Source: Mobula hypostoma
Taxonomy: Eukaryota
Length of the DNA: 64,000 bases
Assembly: GCF_963921235.1 (NCBI RefSeq)
Contig: NC_086097.1
Location: forward strand, 168,518,001-168,582,000
Direction: 5' to 3'
Part shown: positions 40,767 to 54,870 of the stretch, piece by piece
Numbering within the stretch: position 1 is the first letter of the stretch
Layout: every line of letters starts with the position of its first letter
Translations under genes and position numbers: made by a program
The notes under the pieces: model-generated
What the model was told of the DNA's origin: nothing
What the model saw: only the letters and a program-made list of their open reading frames with translations
The model's database searches: none

Positions 40767-43700
40767 CTGTAAAGACAGAAGAAGTGACTGAAAGGTCCTG
40801 CCAGTCTGCCGGAGTCTTTCTGTGCTTCTCGAAGCAGCCACATCCCAAGTATCGAGGTTAGAATTGCCACCTGGCTGGTTTCAGAACGACTTGGATTTGA
40901 GTGAATTACTGAGAAAGCTGGAAGTGTGAACCCGGCTGCGTTCAGCCAGGTCTTAGGTGCACCTTTTCCATTCTTGTGCCCTATTAGCACTTTTTGTTAA
41001 AGTGAGCTTGGCACATGATGGATGAGCAGCACATTCGAGACTTTGGGTTCTGTTCAATGTACAAACGTGGCAAGGTGACAACACTAATCAGGGATCGAAC
41101 CGCACTCCGCATTCCAATTCAACTACACAAAGTTTGTTAAACAACTGTTGACAATGTGTTAGTAAAGCATCACCTACAGACAGTCACTTTAAGAAGTCAC
41201 CATAGCCACTGCTCAGGCAATGCATCAACTTCACCACATTAACATTTGCTTCAAACTTGACTGAGTGGGGAAAGAGGACCCAAATGCTCCTATAGTATAA
41301 TTTAAGAAGCACTTGGATAGGTCCATGGACAGAAAGACTTGGAAGGATATGGGTCAAATGTGGGAAATTGCGACAAGCTAGGCAGGCATCGTTGCTGGCA
41401 TGAACTATTAGGCCACAGGCACTGCATCCATGCAGTATTGCTCTAAGATTCTATACACACTGTTTACCATTAAACTAGTTGCCTGAATACACCATCCCTG
41501 CTTTTAGGAGCCCAGCTAGAAACCGGACTTCATCAAGGATGGTGCTGGGGGAGGGGGACGAGAAGAGGGAAGTAAATGAAACAGTAAGATGTGAGAAGAA
41601 AGAAGTATTGGATTATAGAGGATGTAAGGAAAGTTAAGAAGGGGACAGAAGGAGAGAAAGGGTGAAGAAGGGTTGTGGGGGGTTCAGAGGGGGCAATGTG
41701 GGAGGAGGAGGGAGTGAGGTGGGTGAAAGCGGACGAGGCACTCTGCAAATACTCCTCTTGCCCCCACTGTGATGATCTGGCTCCCAGCCCTTGCAAAGTA
41801 CAGCATCATTACAGTGCCTGTGGTTACAGCATCATGCACCGAGGTCCACAGAACAGAGGTGGTGTGATCTTTATCAATGAGTGCAGTGTGGTAAAGTGTT
41901 GTGCCGGAGTGTGAAGACAAGAAATTGACATTCCAGTGTGGATGCTCATGAGGTTTACTCATTGAATAGTGAAATAAAATCAAAGATTACAGGTCACAGG
42001 TCACAATTTTCAGGTCAAACTTTGGTTGGAAGGACAGAAAGGAGCTGATAATGTCATCACCGATGCCACTGACTCTGGATAAATGACAGTGAACTAAGGA
42101 GGCTCATAATCAGAAGTGCCTGGTCCAGTTTTGAGGTGAGAATTCCACTGAAATGCTTGCAAATGATTAAAATACCCGCAAAAACATCTATAACAAGTGA
42201 TAGTTTTTAAAAAAATATGAAGTAGGTGCAAAGTGTTCCAACTTCCAGACAACAGCAGAATTGGTCTACCATTTATTCCTGAGGCATTTTAGCATAATTT
42301 TTATATGTTGAGTTTCCAACTTGGTTGGACCATTAACATAAATGGAGTTGCTTCACCCTCCAAATACCAAGGAAACTGAGGGATATGCGGTCAGTGCAAG
42401 TGCCACTGGGGTAAAAGATCAGCCTTGATCTCACTGAATGGTAGAGCAGGCACAACCTGCCAAATAGCCTATTACTGTCTCAGTCCCTTATCTGATGTGT
42501 ATCCTTTCCAACTACTGGGCAGTGGTGCATTGGCACTGGCTGTAGAAAAGAAATCCCACATGTCCTTTGAACAAGGCACCAGAGCTAAGACAGAAATCAT
42601 GGGGGCAGCTAGAAGAACAATCTTGGAAATCCACTGTTTCTTTAAATCAACATTAATAACCAAAATGAAGCAACTCAACAATAAATATAGACACTACAGT
42701 TGACTGACTAAAATGGTATGTAACCCCCCCCCCACCCCCGTGGGAGTTAAAAGTCATTAAAAGTCAATGATAGTGGCCAGTACAAACAGTACTGGCTTAT
42801 ACAGACCAGAGGGCTTACAGACTAGATAGGCAGTTTGCGCAGAGGTATCAGAAATAGCTTCAGACTTCACGTGAGCATGGAAGATCAATAACAGTGGTCT
42901 CCTTGCTGACCTTCATCCCATGATTCTCTCTGCAAAGTACATTAGGATGCGATGTTGTGAAAAGGGCAAATATCCTCACCATTTCCCAATCAAGAAATGG
43001 AAACTAGCAGTTAAATAAACTGGTTTGCTGGCACCCTGCTATTTGTCCTACACTGTGGTGTAAGATCATGACCTTATCTTCTTAAGATCATGACCTTATC
43101 TTCTACGCACCCTATCATAGTTTTACTAGCTCCAACACTTCCCATAAAGTGTTGTACTTTAAACATCTCCTTATCCAATGGAGCAGAAACATTATCAAAG
43201 ATACACTAGACAGATGAACTATAATGTCACATGTCAGGTGTGGACTATATGCATTATACTGTATACAGGTATATGCTTTATATAACCATATGCTTTTGAT
43301 TGCTAAAAATACTTTCTCTGTTTAAATTATGCAATCAATATACATGCGGATTTCTATCAGGAAAAGCCTTCAAGCCCATATAGCGACAGAGCTCTGCACT
43401 GGATGGAATGGGGCTGGAATGAAAGAACCACTAAGAGGTTAATTTCTAATTCCACTCTTACCCACTCACTCAAGGAATTTCCAGTAATATTCCCACTTTG
43501 TATAGATATCGTTAGAATCCCGAGGATTTGTGCTTGGCCCTCAGTGGTATTCTGGTGGCATTTATCTCTGCCCTGGTAGCAGACCCTCTTCAACAGCACC
43601 TCCTGCACCCAACACCCACAGTGGCCAGAAAAACAAGGAAACTCCACCAGCTGCAGCTTGGAAATTTGCCATTCCTTTACCGTGACGGGGCCTAATTCCT

Positions 43701-44096
43701 GGATCTCTCTCCCCAGTGGTACTGAGGAAGCACCTTCAAAAGAAGGGCTGCCATGGGTTTTAGCCATCACCTTCTCTAACCCAGTGAGGAATGGATAACA
43801 AATGCTCGGCTTCCCACGTCAGAATAAATAAATACATTTGTTCCACAATTTACCACATTTAGTTGCTTTTGACTCTATTTACAGTATGCGTCATGAGCTG
43901 AAAGCACCCTGACATCACAGATATTGAAGAGACACCATCACAGCCCCTGCACCCAAGCAAGTCACACAGCAAACAGCACAAAATTAACCCATGGAGCTGA
44001 GAATGGCCAAAGGAACGATGAAGTGAGAGATGCAAAAGCAGAAGCAAGGCGTGACAATAGGATGCACACGTCAGGTAGGGGAGCTGCCTTCTTTAC

Positions 44097-44138
44097 CTGA
44101 CCAGTCAAAACTGTGAGATATGCTAAGTGGTCTCCTTA
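44097..44138 (-). CDS. SPIRE1: SPIRE1 42-nt alternative cassette exon (about exon 9), (V)RRPLSISHSFDWS
   Basis: tttttcttacag|TAAGG...TCAG|gtaaag, phase 1/1, CTAAC branch-like motif upstream; resembles recalled mammalian AMRPLSMSYSFDLS. Confidence 0.9.
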
Positions 44139-44919
44139 CTGTAAGAAAAACAATCGGATGGTTAGGAAGAACAGTAAAATTACAGGGCATCGTCGTCATT
44201 AACACTTCATTGTTACAAAAAGACAGAGGTCAAGTACACTGAGCATAAATCCATATTTATTTGGAAATATTGAAGATCCTGAGTACTGAGGTTAACTCCA
44301 GCAGATCCCCTACTGTAAATGGCACAGAACCTATGATCCAGAATCACTACTAATGAGTCATGCTCTCTTCTTGCTACCACTGTGAAACAGGATATAAAGT
44401 CCACAACACCAGGTTCAGGAGCAGCTGCCTTCCCATAAGCATCAGGTTCCTGAACCGGCCTGCACAACCTTAACCCATCTCAGTAATTGAACACCACGGA
44501 CCACCTCCTTCCACTTCCCTGGGCTTATCTCAGATTGTCTCTTTTGTTTCACACAAAGATCTTGTCATTGCAGTTTTTTTCCTCTCTCTCTTCACTGTCT
44601 TGCACACTTTACACATAATTCAAATTTTGGGTGGGCGAGGTCTACAACTTTGCTGCAAGAGAGGTTTTCATTGCACTCCACAGTTACCTCGACCTGACTC
44701 ATCCTGAATCCCTCCAATTTCACCCTTCTGCACTAGACTCCATGAGAAGATCCACACTGGAGTTTGCTCAGAGTTCAGGACTTCCATATTTCTGTACGTT
44801 TGCAGGAATATCCTAAATTTTCACGTATACAATGAGCTCAAAGCTTTCTGTGCTCACTTTGACTGTCAAAACATGGAGAAAAATCATGAACTCCCACAGT
44901 CCTCAATGACCTTGTGATT

Positions 44920-46022
44920 TTAGTCTCTGAGGCCAATGTGAGAGCATCCTTCAGGAGGGTGAACCCAGAGGAAGCATCCAGCCCAGATGGGGTACTTGAC
45001 TGAGTACTAAGGAACTGTGCTGATCAACTGGCTGGAGTGTCCACCGAGATCTTTATCCTCTTGGCAGCCACCTGCTTGAAGCAGGCTTCAGTTATACCAG
45101 TGCCTAAGAAGAATGTGGTAAACTCAATGACATCATCCAGTAGCATTCACATCCACTCTGATGTCAGCAAGACCAAGAAACTGATACTGACCTCAGGAAA
45201 TCCATGAGCTAGTCCCCATCAGGGGATCAGAGGCGGAGAGGGTCAGTAACTGTAGATTCCTCAGTGTTAACATTTCAGAGGACCAGTCTTGGGCTCAGCA
45301 ATAATGAAGAAAGCATGACAGAGCCTCTTCTTCCTTAGGAGGCTGCGAAGATGCGGCAGGATATCTAAAACTTTGACAAACTTCTATAGATGCGTGGTGG
45401 AGAGTACATTGACTGACTGCATCACAGGCTGGTATGGAAACACCAATTCCCTTGAATGGAAATTCCTGCAAAAAGTAGTGGATATGGCCCAGTCCATCAT
45501 GGGTAAAGCCCTCCCCACCATTGAGCACATCCACATGGAGCACTGTCACAGGAAAGCAGCATCTGTCATCAGGGACCCCCACCACTCAGTTCATGCTCTT
45601 TCCTCACTGCTGCCATCAGGAAGAAAGTACAGGTGCTTTGGGACTTACACCACCAGGTTCAGCAACAGTTATTACCCCTTAACCATCAAGCTCTTCAACC
45701 AGAGGGGATAGCTTCACTCAACTTCACTTGCTCCATCACTGAACCATTCCCACAACCTACAGACTCACTTTCAAGGATTCGTCATCTTACGTTCTCAATA
45801 TTTATTGTTTGCTTGTTTGTCTAACTATTTATTTACTATTAATTTTTTGTAATTGTACAGTTTGATGTCTTTTGCACACTGGTTGCCACCCCGCTGGTGC
45901 GTCTCATTGACTCTATTATGGTTATTGGATTTATCGAGTGTGCCCACAAGAAAATGGATCTTAGGATTGTATATGGTGGCATATATGTACATTGACAATA
46001 CATTTACTTTGAACTTTGAACT
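44920..46022 (+). mobile_element. Rex1/Babar-like LINE with large internal deletion
   Basis: RVNP.EASSPDG-like start, then jumps to the C-terminal FYRCVVESTLTDCITGWYGN; tail tactttgaactttgaa. Confidence 0.85.
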
Positions 46023-49000
46023 TCAATGTATAAGGAAATGTTGGCAAAATCTGGATCATGGATTTAACAGCATTACCCAGGGACAAATGGGATATCAGGG
46101 TATTGATAAGTTTGGTTCAGTATCAAAGAACAGAGAGAAATGGAGTTGACAACTAGCAAACAGTTTGAAGCCCAGATCATGAGCTTTGGTCTTCAACACA
46201 GTTCAAATAAAATCAGTTTCATCCTTGCCCTGTTTATGTGTACTCTCCTCCAGCTCACCCATCTACAGTGATATCAGCATGGCCAGTGTGGTAAATCTCC
46301 CGGTCAACTAATTTGGTTTTGATCAAATATGAGCCTCCAAATGACTCAGCAATTAAATCCTTGGCAAATCTAGCATGGCTGAAAGATTAAGGGAACGGAA
46401 GTGATAACCTTTTCAATCCAATTTCCCCCCATTACTATCTCTCCTCATAGAAGTTAGGAACAGGAATAGACCATTCAAAATGGCAGACTAATCACACTGA
46501 TTCGTGACTATGTACCAGCTTTCTTCCTAGATCCACTGATTCCACTACCCCAAGAATGATATCTATCTCCTTGAACATATTTAATGATTTGGATTCATCT
46601 GTTTTCTGTGGTAGAGAATTTATCTTTCTCTGCAGAAGAAATTTCTCCTCATCTCAATCCAATATGACTTACCCTTTAACTTCAGAACCCACCTGCTTTT
46701 GAAGTCCCCCACCACAGGAACATCCTTCTTACATCCTATCTGAACAGTCATGTTAGGAATGTACAAAACTGTATGAAATTCCCTCTTGTCACTCAAACTC
46801 TGGTGAATTTAAGCCGGATTGACCCAAATCTTTGTTCATAAGACAGGCCACCCATGCCAGGAACCACTCTGGTCCCCTAGTATGATAGACTCTTGATCTC
46901 ATAATCTGCCTCATTATAATCCTGCACTGCACTCCCTCTGTAACCGTTGCACTTCATTTTGCATTCTGTTACTGATTTTCCTTGTTGTACTTCACTGTGT
47001 AAGGAACAGTACGCAAGACAGGTTTTTCACTGTATCTTGGTACATGTGACAAAAATAAATCAATTCCAAATTCCTTCTTCAGATGACATCAAAACTGCAC
47101 ACAATACTGAAGAAAGGTCTTGGCCCGAAACATCGACTGTTCATTTCCACAGATGCTGCAGGACCTGCTGAGCTCCTCCAGCATTTTGTGTGTGTTGCTT
47201 TGGATTTCCAGCATCTGCAGAATTTCTTGTGTTTATACTCAAGGGGTATTAAATTCCAGTACATGGATCTTTACAGGGAAACTTCTAACACTCAGAAAAG
47301 CAACAACTTTTTAACGTTTTGACTCAGATTGTTATCACTTAGTTACCCACACGATGTGGCCCCTCTCTCTTGGCAATAGGTGGGATATATTGTGGGTCAC
47401 AGGACTGATGCTACCTGAAAATCGCATTACTGCTCAAGTGTTGCAAAATACTTGGCTTGCATGAAAAGTTACAACAACTCTCCGGTGTGACCCATTGGGC
47501 CTTGGGAATGCATACCTCTCCTGTCTTTAGCCAGACAACAGGAACTCTGTTGTCAATGACAACCTATCCCTTATCCATGCGCGCGCGCACACACACACAC
47601 ACACGTACACTCCTCCCCAAAGGACAAGACCTAACCAAATAGCAAGAAATCCCAGTGCACTCCTGCAGGTTAAAGTCAGTTTGTCCCAGATGAGTGCAGA
47701 GTCAGTTGTGAACTGCACCTTGTGAGTGACCATCCGTACTCACATCCTGTGCAGGCCTGTGGGAGAAATACCTGTTGAAAGCAGCATGTTGTTTGGAGAC
47801 TGTAAAGAGTACTAACTCAGATGAATATTACGTCTCCCGCGAATACTACAGAAAGAATAAATGTGAGTGCTCCTGGTTTTCACTTCCTGCTCAATGAAGC
47901 TGCAAAAATGCAGTGTACCTGGGAAGACCAAACCCTTTTTCAGTCTGGATGTGGGGATATATTGGGTGCTCCTGTGTTGGCTCACAGTCTAAACCCTGGA
48001 AATCTTTCTGTAATGGCAATTCCTTCAGACCAACTGCAGTGGTTCAGAGTTGTGGCTCACCCCCACTTATTAACCATGGGGCAGTGAGGGTAGCCTCATA
48101 AACACACACATACCAAGACAAAATAGGGCATATCCTTGCAAAAGAATCTGCCCAACCCTATGTTTTAACTTGCTGCTCATTCCGTTGCCTCTGCTGCAAA
48201 TGCAACATTTAGCAAATGTACTCAAAAGTAAAAGTGCTTTAGCTTGTTCTGTGTATGAAACAAACTATTTAAAGACAAGGGTCTGAAATCGCACCACGAC
48301 TCAAGAGTCATTCTAAACTTGTGCTCTGTGTTGGGGAGGCTAAATTATTGCAAGGTTTGCATATGTGGGCTCCTCAGTAGTAACAACCTTTATCTGCTGA
48401 TTCCCCATATGTTATACCAAAATTGGCCTCACTTGGCGCACGAAGACTGACATTACATTTGTGCTAATGAACTTTGTACCCATATGCCCATCTGTATCTC
48501 ACCACACACACGGACGGCAGAACAACATTAGCAATTCTACATTGTCATACACAGCACACATCTAACTGAATTTAATGACAAAGGTGTCTTGTGTGGCAAA
48601 ATAAATTCTAGGCTTAATTACTGCCCCTTCATTGTTTTCCTGTCATTCCACCTGTTCCCAGTGGATATGGCTTGCTGTTAAAGTAGAGCCAGTACCAGGA
48701 GAATTACTCTGGACTTGACCAATGGGTGATGAACTTGTTCCTATCTTTAATTATACACCAATTGTTTAAAGTCTCAGATTAAAACAGTAAGCAGACAACC
48801 AATAGGATTTCTCAAACTAAGCTTGAAAAGCATGTTCATTATTGTTCTCCTGCCCTGGCACTTGCTCTCTGATCATTCATGAAAATTAATTACAACTGAC
48901 ATTGTAGCTCCTCCCGTGGAGGGTCAGACACCCTGAGCCAATAGACTGGTCCTGGACTTATTTTCCATCTGGCATAGTTTGCATTTTGTTGTTTGATTGT

Positions 49001-49344
49001 TTGTGGTTTTTGTATTGCTATATTTATGCTCTATTCTTGGTTGGTGTGGCTGTAACGAAACCCAATTTCCCTCGGGATCAATAAAGTAGATCTATCTATC
49101 TTTCTATCTATAAAGAATGAAAAATGCTGGTAACACTCAGCAGGCCTCTGTGGAAAGTGAAAAGGTGTTTAAGATGCCGTCTGACATACTGGCTGCTTCT
49201 TGAATTTTGTTTTTTATTTTAGATTTGTAGAATCAACAGTTTTTCTTCAAATTTTCATTTGACGTGAAGAACTGCTGCCTTTTAAATGGATATGCACACG
49301 GTCACTCACTCTGATGTTGATCGCAGTGACTGCTTAGCAAGCAT

Positions 49345-49890
49345 AGCATAGGACAGTACAGCCTTGCACAGGCCCTTCAGCCCACCATAGCTGTGCTGAT
49401 CCAGATGCTAATCTAAATTAATCCCTGTCTGTTCATGCTCTGTCTAAATGCCCCTCAACTGCTGCTATGGTATCTGGTTCCATCACCACCTCTGGTAGTG
49501 CATTCCAGGCACCGTCTACGAAAACCTGTTTTGAAAACCTCCTTTAAACTTTTCCCCTCTCATCTTAAACTTAAGCCCTCTAGCATTTGACATTCCCACC
49601 TTGGGAAAAAGTTTGTCTACTTTTTCTGTGCCATTCATAGTTTTATATGCTTTTATTAGGTCTCCCCTCAGCCTCCGTTGCTCCAGAGCCAACAATCCAA
49701 GTTTGCCCAACATCTGCTTATAACCCTCAAATCCATGCAGCACCCAGCTAAACCTCTTCTGCACTCTCTCCTAATCCTCCACTTTCTTCCTGTAAAGGGC
49801 CAACCAAAACTGCACACAGTACTCCAACCATGGCCTTAGCACACAGTACTCCAACCATGGCCTTAACAACATTGTGTACAGCTGCAACAT
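49345..49890 (-). mobile_element. CR1 3' fragment with a 27-bp tandem duplication
   Basis: LRPWLEYCV appears twice; LEQRRLRGDLIKAYK. Confidence 0.8.
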
Positions 49891-49962
49891 AGGAAGCAAA
49901 TAAAGAGAAGCAAATGCATAAACACTTTTATCCCAATGAAGATCCAAGCTCAGCAGACTCAC

Positions 49963-50092
49963 CAATACGATTGCGTCGAATCTCATCCGGTGACACAGGC
50001 CGTAGTTTCCGTTCAGACTTGATTTCCTCCAATATTCTCTCGTGAAGGCTCCGTGGACGAGGTGGGGTTGGTTTCAGTTTTCGGGCAGATGC
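49963..50092 (-). CDS. SPIRE1: SPIRE1 exon (about exon 8), 130 nt, [43 protein letters not shown] (linker 3 + WH2-D)
   Basis: Manual translation, not in ORF track; aaaaag|GCA...ATTG|gtgagt, phase 0/1. Confidence 0.96.
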
Positions 50093-50799
50093 CTTTTTCC
50101 AAAAGACATATCATATTAAAACTTGCACATCTCCCTTAAAACTCCCTTCTCACCTTAAGCCAATACCCTCTAGTAATTGCCACTTATCGAGTCCAAGCAT
50201 AGCCTGGGTGACCATCTTGCAGGGCTCTTCTGCTCTGTCTGCAATGCCCCAGAGTGCAAGACACTTCAACACCCCAGAGTCAGCTCTCTGCCCTCCCCAC
50301 TGCCAGTGAGGCCCAAGGCAAACCGGAAGAACAGCACCTCATATTCTACCTGGGTGGTCTATCATTCTTCACCCTTCCTCAGCCTTTGTGCAGTCACTGG
50401 AAAATAAGACTGACAATCTCAGAGCAAGACTGCTGTATCAGAGGCAGAAGAAGTAGATCTCATTGTTAGCTGCATCGGAAACCTGGTTAATTGCAGCTAC
50501 ACCAGATGCAGTGATATGACCGGAAGGTTTCACGATTTTCAGAATGGATCGAACCACAAACTCTGGTAAGGAAAAGGGTGGCAGTGTGTGTTTTTCAGTC
50601 AATTCTAGTTGGTGAATGGAAATGGAGACTACGTCAACTTCTTGTTCCCCTGACTTAGAACAACTAACAATTGTAGACCATTCTGTTTGCCTCGGGAGTT
50701 CTCAGCCGTGATCTTGATTGTGGTTTACATACTACCAGTGGCCAATTATAAGCAAGCACCTGCAAAACTGCATGAGGTAATCTGTAAGCACGTAATAGG

Positions 50800-51358
50800 A
50801 ATAGTTTCAAGTTCCTTGGTATACACATCACTGAAGATCTCACCTGGACTGTACACATCAGCTGTGCGGCAAAAAAAGCACAACAGCATCTCTTCCACCT
50901 CAGGCGACTGAAGAAGTTCAGCATGAGCCCCCAAATCCTCAAGATCTTCTACAGGGACACCACTGAGAGCACCCTGACTGGCCGTATCACCACCTGGTAT
51001 GGGAACTACACCAACCTCGATCACTGGGCATTGCAGAGAGTGGTATGGACAGCCCAGTGCATCTGTGGATGTGAACTTCCCTCCATTGAGAACATCTACA
51101 GCAGCAGGTGTGTAAAGGCGGCCTGGGAGATCATTGGGGCACCAGTCACCCCAACCACGAACTGGTTCAGCTGCTTCAGTCTGGCAAACGGTACCACAGC
51201 ATTAAAGCCAGGATCAAAAGGCTATGAAACAGCTTCTTTCTACATACCGTTAGACTTATAAATTCCCATGTCTGTACATTGCAACAAAGTCATAACACAA
51301 GGATTTTTACTCCCTCATGTAGTGGGACAGATGTAAGATTTAACTAAATTCAATTCAA
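50800..51358 (+). mobile_element. Rex-type 3' fragment nested in the endonuclease region of the long copy
   Basis: MSPQILKIFYR...ITTWYGN; tail aaattcaattcaa; host sequence resumes afterwards. Confidence 0.75.
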
Positions 51359-53600
51359 TATTCAACTTAACCAAGCCTGTTTGAAGAAAATCCTGCCCAG
51401 TTATCACCAGCACGTAACCTGTTGCATCAGAGATCCCAACACTACAGCATTGCTACACTATTATAAGAAATACCAATTGTTCCATTCCAAGACTGCATTT
51501 TTGCAAGTTGGATCATTTGGCCGTACTCTTACTACCTGCACACAGACAGGGCCCAAACAGCAAGGGTCCAGAGACAAGACAACCAAGAGGTGGTTGCAGG
51601 AGGCAGATGAACAGTTATAGGATTGCCTTGTGTCAGTGGGCTGGGTCGTGTTCACAATCTCACTTGAGGATCTGAATGACTATACCAGGGTCATTACAGA
51701 CTTCATTAAAACAGCTGTGGATGAGTCTGCCCTCACAAAATCCCTCAGGGAGCCATGGATGAACAATGAGAACCGGAATTTTCTGAGAACCAGATCAGAG
51801 GTATTCAAGTTTAGAGATCAGGAATGCTACAAGGGGTGCAGGTGTGATCTCCGTAACGCTATCTCACGAGCAAAGTGGAGATTCCAGACTAGTTTGGAAT
51901 CAATGAGGGATGTTCGACAGCTGTGGCAGGGTTTGAATGCCACACCCTCTTACAAAATTAAACCTTACGACATACGGACAGCAGAGCTTCGCTTCCAGAT
52001 GAGCTCAATAACTTCTAAGCTTGCTTTGATCACCAGAACAGGGAGGAACCATTGTGCACCCCAATGTCTCCCGATGATCCTTTTGCCTCAATATCTGAAG
52101 ATGATGTGCAAGCTGCCTTCAAGTGAGTCCAAGGAAAGCATCCAATCTGGACGGAGTACCTGGCCAAGTACTGAACATCTGTGCTGATCAACTGGTTGGT
52201 CTGTTCACGAATATCCTCAACCTCTCGCTCTGGCAATGTGTGGTACCCATCCACTTCAAGCAGGCTTCAATCCTAGAAGAGCGTGGTAGACTGTATAAAT
52301 GGCTATCACCCTGTGCCACTTACATCCACAATGATGAAATCTTTTGAGAGGCTGGTGTTGAAACGTATTAGCTCCTGTCCTAGTGGCAACCTGGATCCGT
52401 TCCAATTCGCCTACCGTAGCTACAGGTCTACAGCAGATGCCATCTCATTGATTCTGCACTCTGGAACATTTGGACAGCAAAGATGCATACATCAGGTTGC
52501 TCGTGATCAATTACAACTCATCATTTAACACCATCATCACCCCAAAACTAATCACTGAACTCCAAGACCTGGGCCTCAATACCACCTTTGTGCAATTGGA
52601 TCCTGAATTTCCTCACTTGTAGACCCCAGTCAATTTGGATTGGCAAAACCATCTCCTCCACAATCTCCATCAGCACAGGAGCACTGCAGGGATGTGTACT
52701 TAGCCCCCTGCTCTACTCACTTTACACCTGTGATTGTGTGGCTAAGTACAGCTCCAACACCATGTACAAGTTTGCTGATGACACCACTGCTAAGGACTGA
52801 ATCAAAGGGGGTAATGATTCAGCATATAGAAGGGAGATTGAAAACTTGGCCGAGTGATGTAATAACAATAACCTCTCACTCAATGTCAATAAGACCAACA
52901 AATTGCTTGTAGACTTCAGGAGAGGGAATCCGGAGGTCTGTGAGCCAGTAGTCATCGGAGGATCAGAGGTGGAGAGGGTCAGTAACTTTAAATTCCTGGG
53001 TGTCTCTATCTCAGATGACCTATCCTGGACCCATCATATAAATATAATTGCGTAGCAAGTACGACAGCACCTCTACTTCCTCAGGAGTCTGCGGAGATTT
53101 GGCACATCATCAAAAACCTTGGCAAACTTCTATAGATATGTGGTGGAAAGTGCACTGACTGGATGCATTACAGCCTAGTATGGGACCACCAATGATTTTG
53201 AGTGGAAAATCCTACAAAAGGTAGTAAATTCAGTCCAGTACATCACAGGTAAAACCCTTCTAACCATTGAGCACATCTACATGAAACATTGCTGTAGAAA
53301 AGCAGCATCCATCACCAAAGTTCCTCACCACCCAGGCCTTGCTTTTTTCTCACTGCTGCCATCAGGTAGAAGATACAGGTGCCTCAGGACTCACCTCACC
53401 AGGTTCAAGAACAGTTACTACCCCTCAGCCATCAGACTCTTGAACAAAAGGGGCTAACTATACTTATTCTATTTCTGGTGTTCCCACAACCAATGGTGTC
53501 ACTTTAAGGACTCTTTATCTAGTTATTTCATGCTATCATTATTTACTGTTCTTTATTTATATCAGTACTTGCACAGCTTGCTGTCCATTGATCCTATTTC

Positions 53601-54277
53601 GACCATAAGACCATAAGACATAGGAGCAGAATTAGGCCATCTGGCTCATTGAGTCTGCTCTGCCATTCAATCATGGCTGATCCTTTTTTCTTCTCCTCCT
53701 CAACCCCAGTTCCCAGCCTTCTCCCTGTAACCTTTGATACCACGTCAAATCAATAACCTATCAATATCTGTCTTAAATACACCCAACGTCCTGGCCTCCA
53801 CAGCTGCATGTGAAGACAAATTCCACAAATTCACCACCCCTTTGGGTAAAGGAATTTCTCCACATCTCTGTTTTGAAAGGGCGCCCCTCTATCCTGAGAC
53901 TGTGCCTTCTTGTCCTAGACTCTCCCACCATGGGAAACATCCTTTCCACATCTACTCTGTCTAGGCCTTTCAACATTCGAAAGGTTTCAATGACATCACC
54001 CCTCATCCTTCTGAATTCCAGCAAGTACAGACCCACAGCCATCAAACATTCCTCGTATGATAACACTTTCATTCCTGGAATCATCCTTGTGAACCTCCTC
54101 TGAACCTTCTCCAATGCCAGCACATCTTTACTAAGATCAGGGGCCCAAAACTGTTCACAATACTCAAGGTGAGGCCTCACCAGTGCCTTATAAAGTCTCA
54201 GCATCACATCCTTGCTCTTGTATTCTAGACCTCTTGAAATGAATGCTAATGTGGCATTTGCCTTCCTCACCACTGAC
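53601..54277 (-). mobile_element. CR1 3' fragment inserted into the Rex 3'UTR
   Basis: 168-aa ORF LYKALVRPHLEYCEQFWAP; tail (tcttatgg)n. Confidence 0.9.
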
Positions 54278-54389
54278 ACACGGTATTTATGGTTATCGTT
54301 CTACAGATTTGCTAAGTATGCCTGTAGGAAAAGAATCTCAGGGCTGTATGTAGTGACACGTTGATAATAAATTTTACTTTGAACTTTTG

Positions 54390-54870
54390 GCACTGGATCG
54401 ATAGTAATTGTGGAGGACATGTTGTTGCCATTCCAAACTGACTGGGGTTTGCATGTGAGAAAATCAAGAATCCAGTTGCACAAGAAGGTTTTGAGGCTCA
54501 TTGATTAGTCTTAAGGGGATGATAGTACTGAATGCTCAGCTCTAGTCAATGAAGAGAATCCTGAGGTAAGCATTTTCGTTGTCCAGATGTTTCAGAATGG
54601 AGTGAAGAGCCAATTAAATGACATCTACTGTTGACCTGTTGTGACAGTGGACAAGTCCTCAAGTTGCTTCTCAAGCATCAAGAATCTCGCAAAGCATTTC
54701 ATCACAGTGGATGTGGACAACAGTCATTGAGGCAGGTCACTGTGTTCTGCTTACGTACCTGTACAGTTGAAGTCTGCCTGAAACAGGCGGGTACCTCAGA
54801 CTGTTGAAGCGAGAGGTTAAAGATCTCAATGAACATTCCAGCCAGTTGATCAACACAAGTCTTTTGTAAT
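54390..54870 (-). mobile_element. Rex1/Babar RT fragment
   Basis: [29 protein letters not shown]. Confidence 0.7.

Larger units (their letters stand above)
50420..54388 (+). mobile_element. Long decayed Rex1/Babar-like LINE (endonuclease + RT + 3'UTR) with two nested insertions
   Basis: [42 protein letters not shown]; tail aataaattttactttgaactt. Confidence 0.88.

Noticed and set aside
19668..53600. Inverted Rex copies flanking exons 8-12 as circRNA drivers
   Set aside because: Arms appear substantially diverged and are about 30 kb apart with many competing repeats; not supportable from sequence alone
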